From Limisphaerales bacterium (GTDB lineage Bacteria > Verrucomicrobiota > Verrucomicrobiia > Limisphaerales > CAIMTB01), in the NCBI GenBank assembly GCA_050250555.1, contig JBFWOK010000003.1, forward strand, positions 2,475-66,474: a stretch of DNA of 64,000 bases, in the 5' to 3' direction. The notes under the pieces are model-generated. The model did no database searches. It saw only the letters and a program-made list of their open reading frames with translations, and was not told the DNA's origin. The stretch's first letter is position 1. Every line of letters begins with the position of its first letter. The translations under genes were made by a program, and so were the position numbers. Positions 31,457 through 40,188 of the stretch are shown piece by piece.

Positions 31457-34156
31457 TCATTGAAGCGCCTCGATGTACCGGATCAACGCCTCGATCTGCG
31501 CTTCCGTCAGCACCCCCTCGTAGCTCGGCATTCCCGTGTCCGAAGCTCCGTATCCCGCAACCACGCGCGCCAGGGGGGTGAGCATCGATTCGCGAAGATA
31601 CGCCGCGTCCACCTTCCCGAGGCTGGATCCGTCCGTGAAGGCGCGACCGCTCCCCCAGAGCCCCTTCCACGAGGGCCCCACCTTCCCCAGCGTCGACCCG
31701 TCCGCGGAATGGCACGCGACGCATCCCATCAGTTCCGCCACCCGCTGTCCCTCCGCGGCATCGCGGGGTCCGTCGTCCTTCGTGTCGGATGGCGATCCTG
31801 CTCGCGGAGTCAGGTCCACGGACACCGCCGCGAAGCCGAGGGCCCCGGGTTCGAAACGCTCCAAGCGCCGCGGCGTGAGGTAGGCGCTTCGAGCCAGCGA
31901 GCCACCGCCGGCCGTGCGGAGGGCCCACCCCACGCGCAGTTGCATCGCCTCCGCCATGCCCGGGACTCCGACAAACACGCTCTTGGAATCCTCCGACAGG
32001 TAGGCGCTGCTGGCGACAAGTCGGTCCTGTCCCCGGGTCCCGTCGCGGCGGTAGTGGGCCGATCCGTAGGCGGCGCTCCGCTGGTAGTTCCAGCGTTCCA
32101 GAGAGTAATTTTCCGGATCCACCGCCGACGTCGGATCCAGGGGCACCGCGAACCGGATCAGGACACCCTCGGCCCTGGGTTCCACCGCCGTCGGCAGGAG
32201 GTACTCCCGTCCGGTGTGCCGGATCCGCGCCAGACCGCTGATCTCCTTCGCCGTCGTTCCCCAGATCTGGAATCCCGTCACGTAAAGCTGCCCGTCCCGT
32301 GGGCCAACGACCCCCGCCAATGGAGCGAAGTCCAGGTCGCGGGTGAGGCTGACCACGGCGGCCCCCGCGCGGGGGTTCCCTGGATCCAGGAGCACGGTGA
32401 AGATTTCCGGCCGGTAGTACCCGAGGTGAATCAAGCCGCCGGACAAGGGACCCATCGCCGAACCGTCCAGCCATACCTGACCCGCTCCCGACGCGTTGAT
32501 CGCATGGGGAATCCAAACGAGCGGCTCTTCGATGGGTTCCGGATGAATTTCCTTGGGAAGGATCAGCGGAAGAAAACCGTGGTACGCATCCCCGGCGAGG
32601 ATATGCAGGGCCGTCGTCGGGACGTAGTGGCCCTGCTGGTCGCTCACGCTGACCCATCCCTTGGTCGGATGCACACCGATGAAGGGCTGCCGAAATCCGT
32701 GCCCGAGGACGGTGACGTTCCGCCCGTCGGCCGAGATCTCGAGGACGCTGCCGCTATGACGCCCGGTCGTGACGCCCCGCTGACCGCCCTTCCCGATCAC
32801 AAACCCGCCGCCCGGCCGGACCCTCAGGCCACTTGCGAATTCACGCGTCTCGGCCGTCTGAGGGATGCCGTCCGCGAAGAGTTCGTGACGGTCCGCCTCG
32901 CCGTCGTTGTCGAGGTCGCGGATCCGCCAGAGTCCGTTGCGGTCGTGCGCGAACACTTCGCCGTCCCGGAGGGTGATTCCCAGCGGTTCGTGCAGGCCCG
33001 AAGTGAATCGCCGCCATCGCACTTCGGTCAGGTTCCCCTCGAGTCCCGTCACCGACCAGACGTCCCCGTCGAACGTCACGCCATACCCGGGACCTTCCGG
33101 TCCCCGTCCCAGCGCGAGATCCGCGAATCGGACATTCCGACGCCAGGGATTCCGGGTTGGAAGCGGCACCCGATCGATGACGAACGCGTCGGTCGCGGGC
33201 GCAAGCAGGCCCCGGGTCGCCACGGTTTCTTGCCATCGGCGGCCGGCGGGATCGGGACTCTCGGCGAATGCGGAAGGGTGTCCCGCCCGTGAATCGCGAC
33301 CCCGTTCGAGCCAGAGATCGATCTCCCGCGGGCCGCCACTTCCAGGCACTCGCACAACCACCAGGCCGTCGGGACGTTCCTGAACGACCGGTTTCGCGTC
33401 ACCGCGAAGGCTTTCGGCCGTCACGCGCGGAAGGTCCGGACCGGACCTGGCCAGGCCACGCGGGCGGTGACCGACGGCGATCCACACGGGATCGTCACCG
33501 GCTCCGACACGAATTCTTCGCCGCACCGACGCTCCTCCTTCGACCACGGAAGCCGTCAGGCTCTCTTCGACAGCCAGACCGCCGACCTCGTAGTTCAGCG
33601 TGACGGCGGAACGGTGAATGTCGATGGCTCGAAACCGGCCCAAAACCGGGGGCAAACGGCCGCGTCCGACTTCGCGCGGACCGTCCACAGGGTCCCTTGG
33701 GTCGGCGTTCGAGAAGTCTTCGCCGGACTGCATGCCCGGGTGAATGCCATCGGCGAACCAGATGGTGCCGGCGGGTTTCGGAAGGTCGTCCTGGCCCTCG
33801 GGGGTCTTTCGGCCCGGCGTATGGTACGAACCCTGGCTCATCGACACCGGTGTGACCGCTCCTCCCTCCCAGACGGCCGCCACCCTCAGAAGGTCCAGAT
33901 CGAAGGCGGCCCAAAGCCCGCGTCCGAGGTTCAGGATCAATCCGCGCGGCGTGAGATTGTCAGCCGGCAGTCCGTTGCCGAGGGACCTGCCGTCGAGCAC
34001 CGACGAGAAGAAAGGGAACCCGGGTTCGACAAAGTCCGCCCATGGCCCCGGTTCGGTCGAGCCCGCCTCCGCGGCCGCGGCCGGCAATTCGACGAAGCAA
34101 CCGCCCAGGATCCCCGAGAGCGCGATGGCCAGGGCAAGGCTTCGACCCGGTGACAT
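31457..34156 (-). CDS. Exported DUF6797-like / beta-propeller dehydrogenase-like protein with C-terminal cytochrome c
   Basis: Signal or lipobox-like LSGILGGC; AAFDLDLLRVAAVWEG; propeller segments FTSGLHEPLG, DLDNDGEAD, GFRQP; heme motif CVACH followed by distal MPSY. Confidence 0.78.
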   Translation of the reverse strand: MSPGRSLALAIALSGILGGCFVELPAAAAEAGSTEPGPWADFVEPGFPFFSSVLDGRSLGNGLPADNLTPRGLILNLGRGLWAAFDLDLLRVAAVWEGGAVTPVSMSQGSYHTPGRKTPEGQDDLPKPAGTIWFADGIHPGMQSGEDFSNADPRDPVDGPREVGRGRLPPVLGRFRAIDIHRSAVTLNYEVGGLAVEESLTASVVEGGASVRRRIRVGAGDDPVWIAVGHRPRGLARSGPDLPRVTAESLRGDAKPVVQERPDGLVVVRVPGSGGPREIDLWLERGRDSRAGHPSAFAESPDPAGRRWQETVATRGLLAPATDAFVIDRVPLPTRNPWRRNVRFADLALGRGPEGPGYGVTFDGDVWSVTGLEGNLTEVRWRRFTSGLHEPLGITLRDGEVFAHDRNGLWRIRDLDNDGEADRHELFADGIPQTAETREFASGLRVRPGGGFVIGKGGQRGVTTGRHSGSVLEISADGRNVTVLGHGFRQPFIGVHPTKGWVSVSDQQGHYVPTTALHILAGDAYHGFLPLILPKEIHPEPIEEPLVWIPHAINASGAGQVWLDGSAMGPLSGGLIHLGYYRPEIFTVLLDPGNPRAGAAVVSLTRDLDFAPLAGVVGPRDGQLYVTGFQIWGTTAKEISGLARIRHTGREYLLPTAVEPRAEGVLIRFAVPLDPTSAVDPENYSLERWNYQRSAAYGSAHYRRDGTRGQDRLVASSAYLSEDSKSVFVGVPGMAEAMQLRVGWALRTAGGGSLARSAYLTPRRLERFEPGALGFAAVSVDLTPRAGSPSDTKDDGPRDAAEGQRVAELMGCVACHSADGSTLGKVGPSWKGLWGSGRAFTDGSSLGKVDAAYLRESMLTPLARVVAGYGASDTGMPSYEGVLTEAQIEALIRYIEALQ

Positions 34157-34161
34157 CGGAT

Positions 34162-35100
34162 TCAGTGCATCTCGATTTCGCACGTGCCCAGGGCGCCGAC
34201 GTAGTAGTTGAACTGGACATCCGGGTGCTCGGCCAGGAGCGACATGGGGACCGAAGTGTCGACGATCCCCTTGGAGATCATGAATGCCGTGAGTCGCTGG
34301 CCGAACGGGTTGTCGTGGCATCCGGGATGCCAGATGGAGACCCGGTCCGCCATCCAGGTTTCCTTCGGCCCCACCGTCACGGCCTGGGTGGGGACCAGGG
34401 TGATGTTGCCGCCGGCGCTGGTCCGGGCGTTCTGAGCCAGGGTCAGGGGATGCAGATCCACGACCCGGGTCGCCAGTTTCCGGACCTCCGACGCGGGCGG
34501 GGGTTCCGACTTCCATCGGCCTTTGCGCGGCAGCGGATCATTGAACGCCCAGTGTTTGACGTCGCCCTGACCGCCCTGCATGACGGCGCAACGGACTCCC
34601 GCGGACCACGATCCCCTGTAGGCTGCCGTGTCCGCCTTGGGGAAATGGAGATGGGCGTCGGGCATCCGCAGCTTCCGGTCGATGCGACTGAAACACAGTT
34701 CGCGGTCGCAACGTTCGAAGCTCAGCGGATGCGACACCGGCACCTCCCGGCCTGTGGTGGCGTCGACCCATTCGTCCATGCCCCAGAAGTGGGCGGAACG
34801 AACGTCGAGCCCCAGCGCGTTGACGATCCGGGCGACCAACGGGAGCTGTTCCGTCGGTCCGATCGGGCCGCAGATCCCGACCGGATTGTCCTCGGTGCTC
34901 TGGCGCCAGGCACTGATGTATTCCAGGGCTTCCGCGAGGTAGAACTCCTCCAGGGTGGGGTAAAAGACGACGCGGAATCCGGGCCGCGACAGGCGTTGGA
35001 TTTCCTTCGGGGTCAGGCGGGCGACCTCTTCAACCAGGTCCGCGTCCAACGTCGTGTAATCCCACCAATTCGGGGCGATCGAACTGAGCTTTCGCGGCAT
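34162..35100 (-). CDS. Glucosamine-6-phosphate deaminase/isomerase (NagB)-like protein
   Basis: GMDEW (cf. NLDEY), [19 protein letters not shown] (cf. GIGxNGHIxFNEP), [14 protein letters not shown]. Confidence 0.78.
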   Translation of the reverse strand: MPRKLSSIAPNWWDYTTLDADLVEEVARLTPKEIQRLSRPGFRVVFYPTLEEFYLAEALEYISAWRQSTEDNPVGICGPIGPTEQLPLVARIVNALGLDVRSAHFWGMDEWVDATTGREVPVSHPLSFERCDRELCFSRIDRKLRMPDAHLHFPKADTAAYRGSWSAGVRCAVMQGGQGDVKHWAFNDPLPRKGRWKSEPPPASEVRKLATRVVDLHPLTLAQNARTSAGGNITLVPTQAVTVGPKETWMADRVSIWHPGCHDNPFGQRLTAFMISKGIVDTSVPMSLLAEHPDVQFNYYVGALGTCEIEMH

Positions 35101-35367
35101 GCCCCCGCCTATGCCGCGAAAGCCTCCACCAGGTCAACGCCCGTTTCGCGAAGGTTGGCGTTGTCGCGGTGACTCGAACTCGATGACACCGACGGGGTGG
35201 AAGCTTGGAAGGCGTTCGAGGGGTCGTTGCCTGAGGGCAAGAAGACACCGGAAGAACCGGTGGTCATGAGGATTCCGCCACGAGCGAAATGGGTTGATTG
35301 GATGACCCGGCTCTGGGACCTTCCGCCGCATCGCTCCCTTCCACCACAAGCCAGATCGCTATTTTTT

Positions 35368-36048
35368 ATGCACCTTTTTTCGCGCGCTTTGCCGCTTCTC
35401 GCGACCCTTACGGTTGCCTTGCTCTCACCGATTGCCGAAGCGGTGGTCGTCATCAACGTCTCCCAAGTTGAGGATGAAGTTGTATTCAGTTACTCCGGAT
35501 CCATGAACTTTACGGGTGATCTGAAATCTTCGGCGGGTTACACAGGCGCGAGTAAGTTCACACCGAGTGCAGGAACGCTGGCTTTGGCTGGGTTTCAACA
35601 GGGTCAATTCGCCTATATTGACACCTACACCGCTCCTGCTTCCAGCCTCATCCCATTCGGTTCGGGCGGAGAGGTCAGCAGTGTTGTTCTAACGTCGGGA
35701 AGTCTTTTTCGGATCGTTCCCTATGGAGTTTCCGGAACGACGTTCCAGGTGATGACAAACTACTCCTTTGGAAGTCCCATCTCGGGAACCGCCATCTTCA
35801 CCGGCACGTACGCCAGTCTCGGCATCACCGCGGGAACCTACACGATCAACACCGCCAGTGACTCCATGATCCTTAACATCACCGCGGTGCCAGAACCCGG
35901 CGCCTGCGCGCTGACCACCGTTCTTCTCCTTTCGGCGGGCACGGTTTTCCACCGCCGTTTGCGCTTGCGCTTGCCTTTTCGGCGGCCACAAGGAGAAACC
36001 GATCGCCGTCTCGAGGAGTCGGCATCGGTTTCGTCGCGGCCGTCGTAG
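35368..36048 (+). CDS. PEP-CTERM sorting-domain surface protein
   Basis: Signal peptide MHLFSRALPLLATLTVALLSPIAEA; Ser/Thr/Gly-rich body; VPEP plus TM helix plus RRLRLR. Confidence 0.82.
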   Translation: MHLFSRALPLLATLTVALLSPIAEAVVVINVSQVEDEVVFSYSGSMNFTGDLKSSAGYTGASKFTPSAGTLALAGFQQGQFAYIDTYTAPASSLIPFGSGGEVSSVVLTSGSLFRIVPYGVSGTTFQVMTNYSFGSPISGTAIFTGTYASLGITAGTYTINTASDSMILNITAVPEPGACALTTVLLLSAGTVFHRRLRLRLPFRRPQGETDRRLEESASVSSRPS

Positions 36049-36134
36049 ACGTGGGCCGAAACCAATGGCCGAACGAGTCTCGAATGCAGGTCTAGGCTCT
36101 AAACCGGGAATTGACGATAAGAGGCAATCAAGAC

Positions 36135-36755
36135 TTATCCAACCTGTTGGGACCTGCGATTGCCGACGAGTTGCCGTATGGCAAACAGCCCCAAAATACC
36201 GGCGACCAGACAGTTGGTTGCAACTTCGGGAACTGCCGTCACGGAAACGTCGTCCATGAACACGTCCGCAAAAGAGGTTCGATTGGCAAACGATAGCGTC
36301 GTTGAATCGGCACTTGCCGGCACACCGAGAAACTCGTACCGAATCCACGGACTCCGTTGAGTGACAGGTATATCCGCAAGAATATTACCGTCCCACCGAA
36401 CTCGAAGTGTTGTTGTTCCAGGAACTGAATTGCCGGAGATGGGCACCCCAAATTCGTTGAGTTCCGGTAACCTCAGGTAAAAACTGATATCGTACTTTAT
36501 TCCTGGCGTCGTGACGATCGCCTGCTCAGTCGCCAGACCGCCGGATTGGAACCGATCAGGGATAACTGCGATCCAGCTACCGCTAACGGTATCCGGACTG
36601 CCGGTTGCGGCTCCAAATCTGCCGCTCCAATGGTCAATTCCGGACTCAAAACCTGGATTCAAAACGAGGTTCTGTGCCCTGCCGGACATTTCAGACGTCA
36701 AGCCGAGCAACAACGCCAACGTGTATTTACCCGCATGCAAAGTTCGGAATCTCAT
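36135..36755 (-). CDS. PEP-CTERM-variant (VPEV) surface protein with DUF642/CBM-like domain
   Basis: Signal peptide; QNLVLNPGFESG..W; TTPGIKYDISF; TTLSF...MDDVSVTAVPEV followed by a hydrophobic helix and basic residues. Confidence 0.75.
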   Translation of the reverse strand: MRFRTLHAGKYTLALLLGLTSEMSGRAQNLVLNPGFESGIDHWSGRFGAATGSPDTVSGSWIAVIPDRFQSGGLATEQAIVTTPGIKYDISFYLRLPELNEFGVPISGNSVPGTTTLRVRWDGNILADIPVTQRSPWIRYEFLGVPASADSTTLSFANRTSFADVFMDDVSVTAVPEVATNCLVAGILGLFAIRQLVGNRRSQQVG

Positions 36756-37059
36756 TTGAGGTCCAAGTCTTGATTAGGCGGGCGGGGTCCGGAGTTTCCC
36801 AAGGGAGGGTTTAGTTCAGTGCTGGGCTAGTTCGGCAACTAGTCCGTGAGCTTTTGCCAAACTAAGTCCGTGAACGCAACATCCAAACGCGGTTCACTGT
36901 GCCGGGGTCCGATGTCAGCGAGAGTTTGTGCGGGCGTGCGAGTAGGGTTCCGTCCAGTGGTCACACTTCAAGGAACTGACCCGGCAGCAAGCTGGAACGT
37001 TATAGAACGTTCGGTGGCGCTCCCAGAACGCCACGCCGGGTTCCAAAACGTCCAAACCA

Positions 37060-37866
37060 TCAGATCTTTCGACGCGAGCCCATCGCCCCGACGGCTTCGA
37101 ACAGCGGATCGGCGTCGGCGTCGCAGAAGCCGAGGTGGGTGTGCCGACGCCAGCCCTCGGCGACCGAGAATCGTCCGGACTGGCGCGCGACCTGCCGCGC
37201 GAAATCGTCCATGGCGGCCAGGTACGAATCCATTCCCTGGCTCGTGTCGAGCCACGCGCGCTGGCTCCGGTGTTCGGCCAGGGCTTCGCGCTTTTCATCC
37301 TGCACGTCGGCCGTGTTCACCCAGAACGAGGCGGTCACGGGTTGTCCAAGGGGATCGCACAGACCGTGGGGCATCGCGTGGTACACGGTCACGTCACCCG
37401 CGTACGGCTTCACGGCGGGCACCGTCCGGTAGTTGGGCATTCCACGCGCGAAGGCGGCCGTCACCGCCAGCCTGCACGTGTTCACGTGGTCCTCCATGTA
37501 ATCCACCGGCGCGTGGGTCAGCACCACGGTGGGCCGGACGCGCCGGATGACGGCGGCGACGCGCCGCAGCAGACGCTCCTCGTAAAAGATCCCGAGGTCA
37601 TCCGTGATCGGTGGGTGCCAGGTCGCACCCAGTCGTCGCGCGGCCCGTCGGGCTTCCTGGCGTCGCAGGACCCGCAGGCGAGGCGCGGGAATCGTCGCCG
37701 AGCCGCAATCGCCCGAACTCAGGTTGAAGTAATGCGTCTCCCAACCCGCCTGTTTCAGGAGAAGCAACGTGCCCGCCATCAGGAATTCGATGTCATCGGG
37801 GTGGGCGGCGATCGCGATCGCGGCGGACGCGTGCGCGGAGGATGGGCGTTTTGGTTTCGGTATCAA
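37060..37866 (-). CDS. PIG-L/LmbE-family N-deacetylase
   Basis: AHPDDIE, RRQEARRAA, RPTVVLTH, DYMEDH; TTG start uncertain. Confidence 0.88.
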   Translation of the reverse strand: MIPKPKRPSSAHASAAIAIAAHPDDIEFLMAGTLLLLKQAGWETHYFNLSSGDCGSATIPAPRLRVLRRQEARRAARRLGATWHPPITDDLGIFYEERLLRRVAAVIRRVRPTVVLTHAPVDYMEDHVNTCRLAVTAAFARGMPNYRTVPAVKPYAGDVTVYHAMPHGLCDPLGQPVTASFWVNTADVQDEKREALAEHRSQRAWLDTSQGMDSYLAAMDDFARQVARQSGRFSVAEGWRRHTHLGFCDADADPLFEAVGAMGSRRKI

Positions 37867-38164
37867 TGGATTGCGACTTGCGCATTGAATCCATGGACCG
37901 GGAAGGATTCCACCACGAAGACACGAAGATCACGAAGAAGATGGCCCGATTGGATGTCCTCCCGTCGCTCGGGCTTCGTGTCCTTCGCGCGCTTCGTGGT
38001 CGGATGCCGGGCCAAGGAGAGGAACGCTTTCCAGGATTTTGGAGAGGTAGTGGGACCATAAACCCGAGGGGCATCGCACGGAGGCGGGGAGGCAAGGAGG
38101 GGGAAGGAATTCGTCCTCGGATCTCTGTGTCTCAGTGCCTCCGTGAGGGAATCCCGGTTCATGG
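37862..38164 (+). repeat. Composite repeat: shared left flank, CACGAAG triple hairpin (37912-38000), and 109-bp element copy C (38056-38164)
   Basis: 37862-37905 resembles 13621-13664; arms ACCACGAAGACACGAAGATCACGAAG / CTTCGTGTCCTTCGCGCGCTTCGTGGT; copy C ends GGTTCATGG. Confidence 0.85.
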
Positions 38165-38183
38165 AGTGGAGGGCCTGGACCCG

Positions 38184-39215
38184 TCAGTGGGGAGGGTGCT
38201 TCTTGGCGTGGACTTCGGCCGAATGATCGGCCGCGAAGATGATCTCGTGGGTCTTCGAAGCCTCCTCGAGGCTGGTTCCCTCCATATCCCGCCGGTGATC
38301 CAAAGCATGGAAGAAAGCCTCGAACTGAGCCTGGTAGGGATGATCTCCGACGTCGCCGGAGTCGAGGAGCGGCACACCCAGGCGGCTCCACTCCTTCCGG
38401 TTCAGTCCGCCGAGTTTCGTGCTGAAGAATTTGTCGTCGAGGAGCGTGCCCTCGCTGCCGATCAGGTGGACGCGGAAGTAGTACGGCTGCTGGCAGTCGA
38501 TCACCGACGCGCACTTGCCGACCCGACCGTCGCGGAACCGAAGGATCGTGACGCTGGTGGTGGGGTATTCGTACGCGGCGAACTCGGGGGCGGCGGAGTG
38601 GGTCGAGTAGCTGCTGACGACTTCGACGTCGCCGCCCATGAGAAGCAGGAGGGCGTCCATCGCGTGGCAACCGGCCGAAAGAAGGCTGCTCCCACCGGCT
38701 TGGCGGCGGACGTTCCAACGATACTGGCCGTACCAGGGGCCGATACCGTGGAAGTAATCGACCTCGGCGTAGTGAACCCGGCCGAGAAGGCCCTGATCGA
38801 GGAAGGCCTTGGCGGTCCGGATCTGGCTCGAATACCGGCACTCGAAGCAGACGCAGCTTCGGATTCCGGCGGCGGCGACCGCCTCCCGGACGCGCGCGAG
38901 GTCCTCGCGGTTCAGGGCGATCGGCTTTTCGAGGATCAGGTGTTTCCCGGCCTGCGCGACGGCGATGGCCTGGCGGGCGTGATCCTGCGGGTAGGAACAG
39001 ACCGAGACCACCTGCAGGTCGGGCTGGGCCAGGAATTCCTTCTGGTCCCGAAACACCCGGACGGGAACGCCGTGTTGCGCGGAGAGTTTCGCCTCGTCCA
39101 GCGGGCGGGAACTCAGGATCGAAGTGACTCGCGCCCGGCCGGTCGCGTGAAGCGCCGCGATGTGGGCGCCCGCCACCCAGCCGTATCCGATGATGCCGAC
39201 ATTGTAGGAGTTCAT
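38184..39215 (-). CDS. Gfo/Idh/MocA-family oxidoreductase
   Basis: VGIIGYGWVA, GKHLILEKP, AGCHAMD. Confidence 0.9.
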   Translation of the reverse strand: MNSYNVGIIGYGWVAGAHIAALHATGRARVTSILSSRPLDEAKLSAQHGVPVRVFRDQKEFLAQPDLQVVSVCSYPQDHARQAIAVAQAGKHLILEKPIALNREDLARVREAVAAAGIRSCVCFECRYSSQIRTAKAFLDQGLLGRVHYAEVDYFHGIGPWYGQYRWNVRRQAGGSSLLSAGCHAMDALLLLMGGDVEVVSSYSTHSAAPEFAAYEYPTTSVTILRFRDGRVGKCASVIDCQQPYYFRVHLIGSEGTLLDDKFFSTKLGGLNRKEWSRLGVPLLDSGDVGDHPYQAQFEAFFHALDHRRDMEGTSLEEASKTHEIIFAADHSAEVHAKKHPPH

Positions 39216-39281
39216 GATGGTCCCTGTTCCGCGCGGTGGAGTGCTTGTCGTGCGACAAAACTGACCGAACCCCACCGGGAT

Positions 39282-40163
39282 TCAAGCACCCGTCAGTGTT
39301 CGGGCCTCGGCATCGAGTCGCTCGCTGAGCGCGAGCGCGACCGGGGATAGTTTTTCAACCCAGAGGACGCCGATCGTGAGGCGGGGGAACTGACTGAGTT
39401 CGAGCAACCGCACCCCCGGCGGAACCTTCGCGCCAGGGACCGCGACGCTCAATCCGATCCCGAATCCTTCCGCCGTGTAGGTCGCCACCAATTCGAGGGT
39501 CCCTGCCTCGATCGACACGGGCCAGGCCTGGCCGCGTTTCGCGAGTTCCTGCTGGAAAACTCGTGGCAGGGCCTCGTCCTGCCTCAGGGAGATCAGGGGA
39601 TCCTCGATTCGGTCGGCGCCGAGAATTTCCTCCGCGGTCCGCGCCCTCGAACTCTTCGGGACATAGAGCGCGAGGGGCAGTTCGATCAGGGTGCGGGTCT
39701 TCAACCCGGCGGCGATGGTCCGATCGATGACGGTCACGGCGAGGTCCAGTTCGCCGGCCGTGAGCATCCTTTCGAGGTCCTGCTGATAGCCCGCGCGGAG
39801 AACGAGCTTCAATTTCGGGAACTGCTCGCGCAGTCCGCGCAGCACGCCGGGCAGGTGCTCCTTCAGCACCGTTTGCGAAGCCCCCACCCGCAGCCGCAAG
39901 GCCGTCCCGCCCCGGACGCGGGATTCGATCTCGTCCAGGCCGGAGAAGAAGGGCTCGATGCAGGCCAGGAGCTGGCGCCCGGATTCGGTCAGTTCGAACG
40001 GGCGCCGACGGAAAAGGGTCACGCCGAGATGATCCTCCAGGGCGATGATCTGCGCGCTGATCGCCGGCTGCTGGATCCCATAGGGCATGTTCCGCACCGC
40101 CTGGGCGATGCCGCCATGCCGCGCGACGAAGTAGAACAGCTCAAGGTGATGAATGTTGAGCAT
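39282..40163 (-). CDS. LysR-family transcriptional regulator
   Basis: HTH region LELFYFVARHGGIAQA...QPAISAQIIALEDHLGVTLFRR; substrate domain GELDLAV. Confidence 0.92.
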   Translation of the reverse strand: MLNIHHLELFYFVARHGGIAQAVRNMPYGIQQPAISAQIIALEDHLGVTLFRRRPFELTESGRQLLACIEPFFSGLDEIESRVRGGTALRLRVGASQTVLKEHLPGVLRGLREQFPKLKLVLRAGYQQDLERMLTAGELDLAVTVIDRTIAAGLKTRTLIELPLALYVPKSSRARTAEEILGADRIEDPLISLRQDEALPRVFQQELAKRGQAWPVSIEAGTLELVATYTAEGFGIGLSVAVPGAKVPPGVRLLELSQFPRLTIGVLWVEKLSPVALALSERLDAEARTLTGA

Positions 40164-40188
40164 GTCCGTTCGGGATCGCGTCGCGGGA

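Noticed and set aside
36995-37012. GAAC/GTTC palindrome as a LexA (SOS) box
   Set aside because: Spacing matches neither GAAC-N4-GTTC nor TGTTC-N4-GAACA, and the neighbouring genes are not SOS genes.
37862-38164. Possible CRISPR array or integron attC cassette array
   Set aside because: No series of identical direct repeats with unique equal-length spacers, no RYYYAAC/GTTRRRY ends, and no cas or integrase genes.
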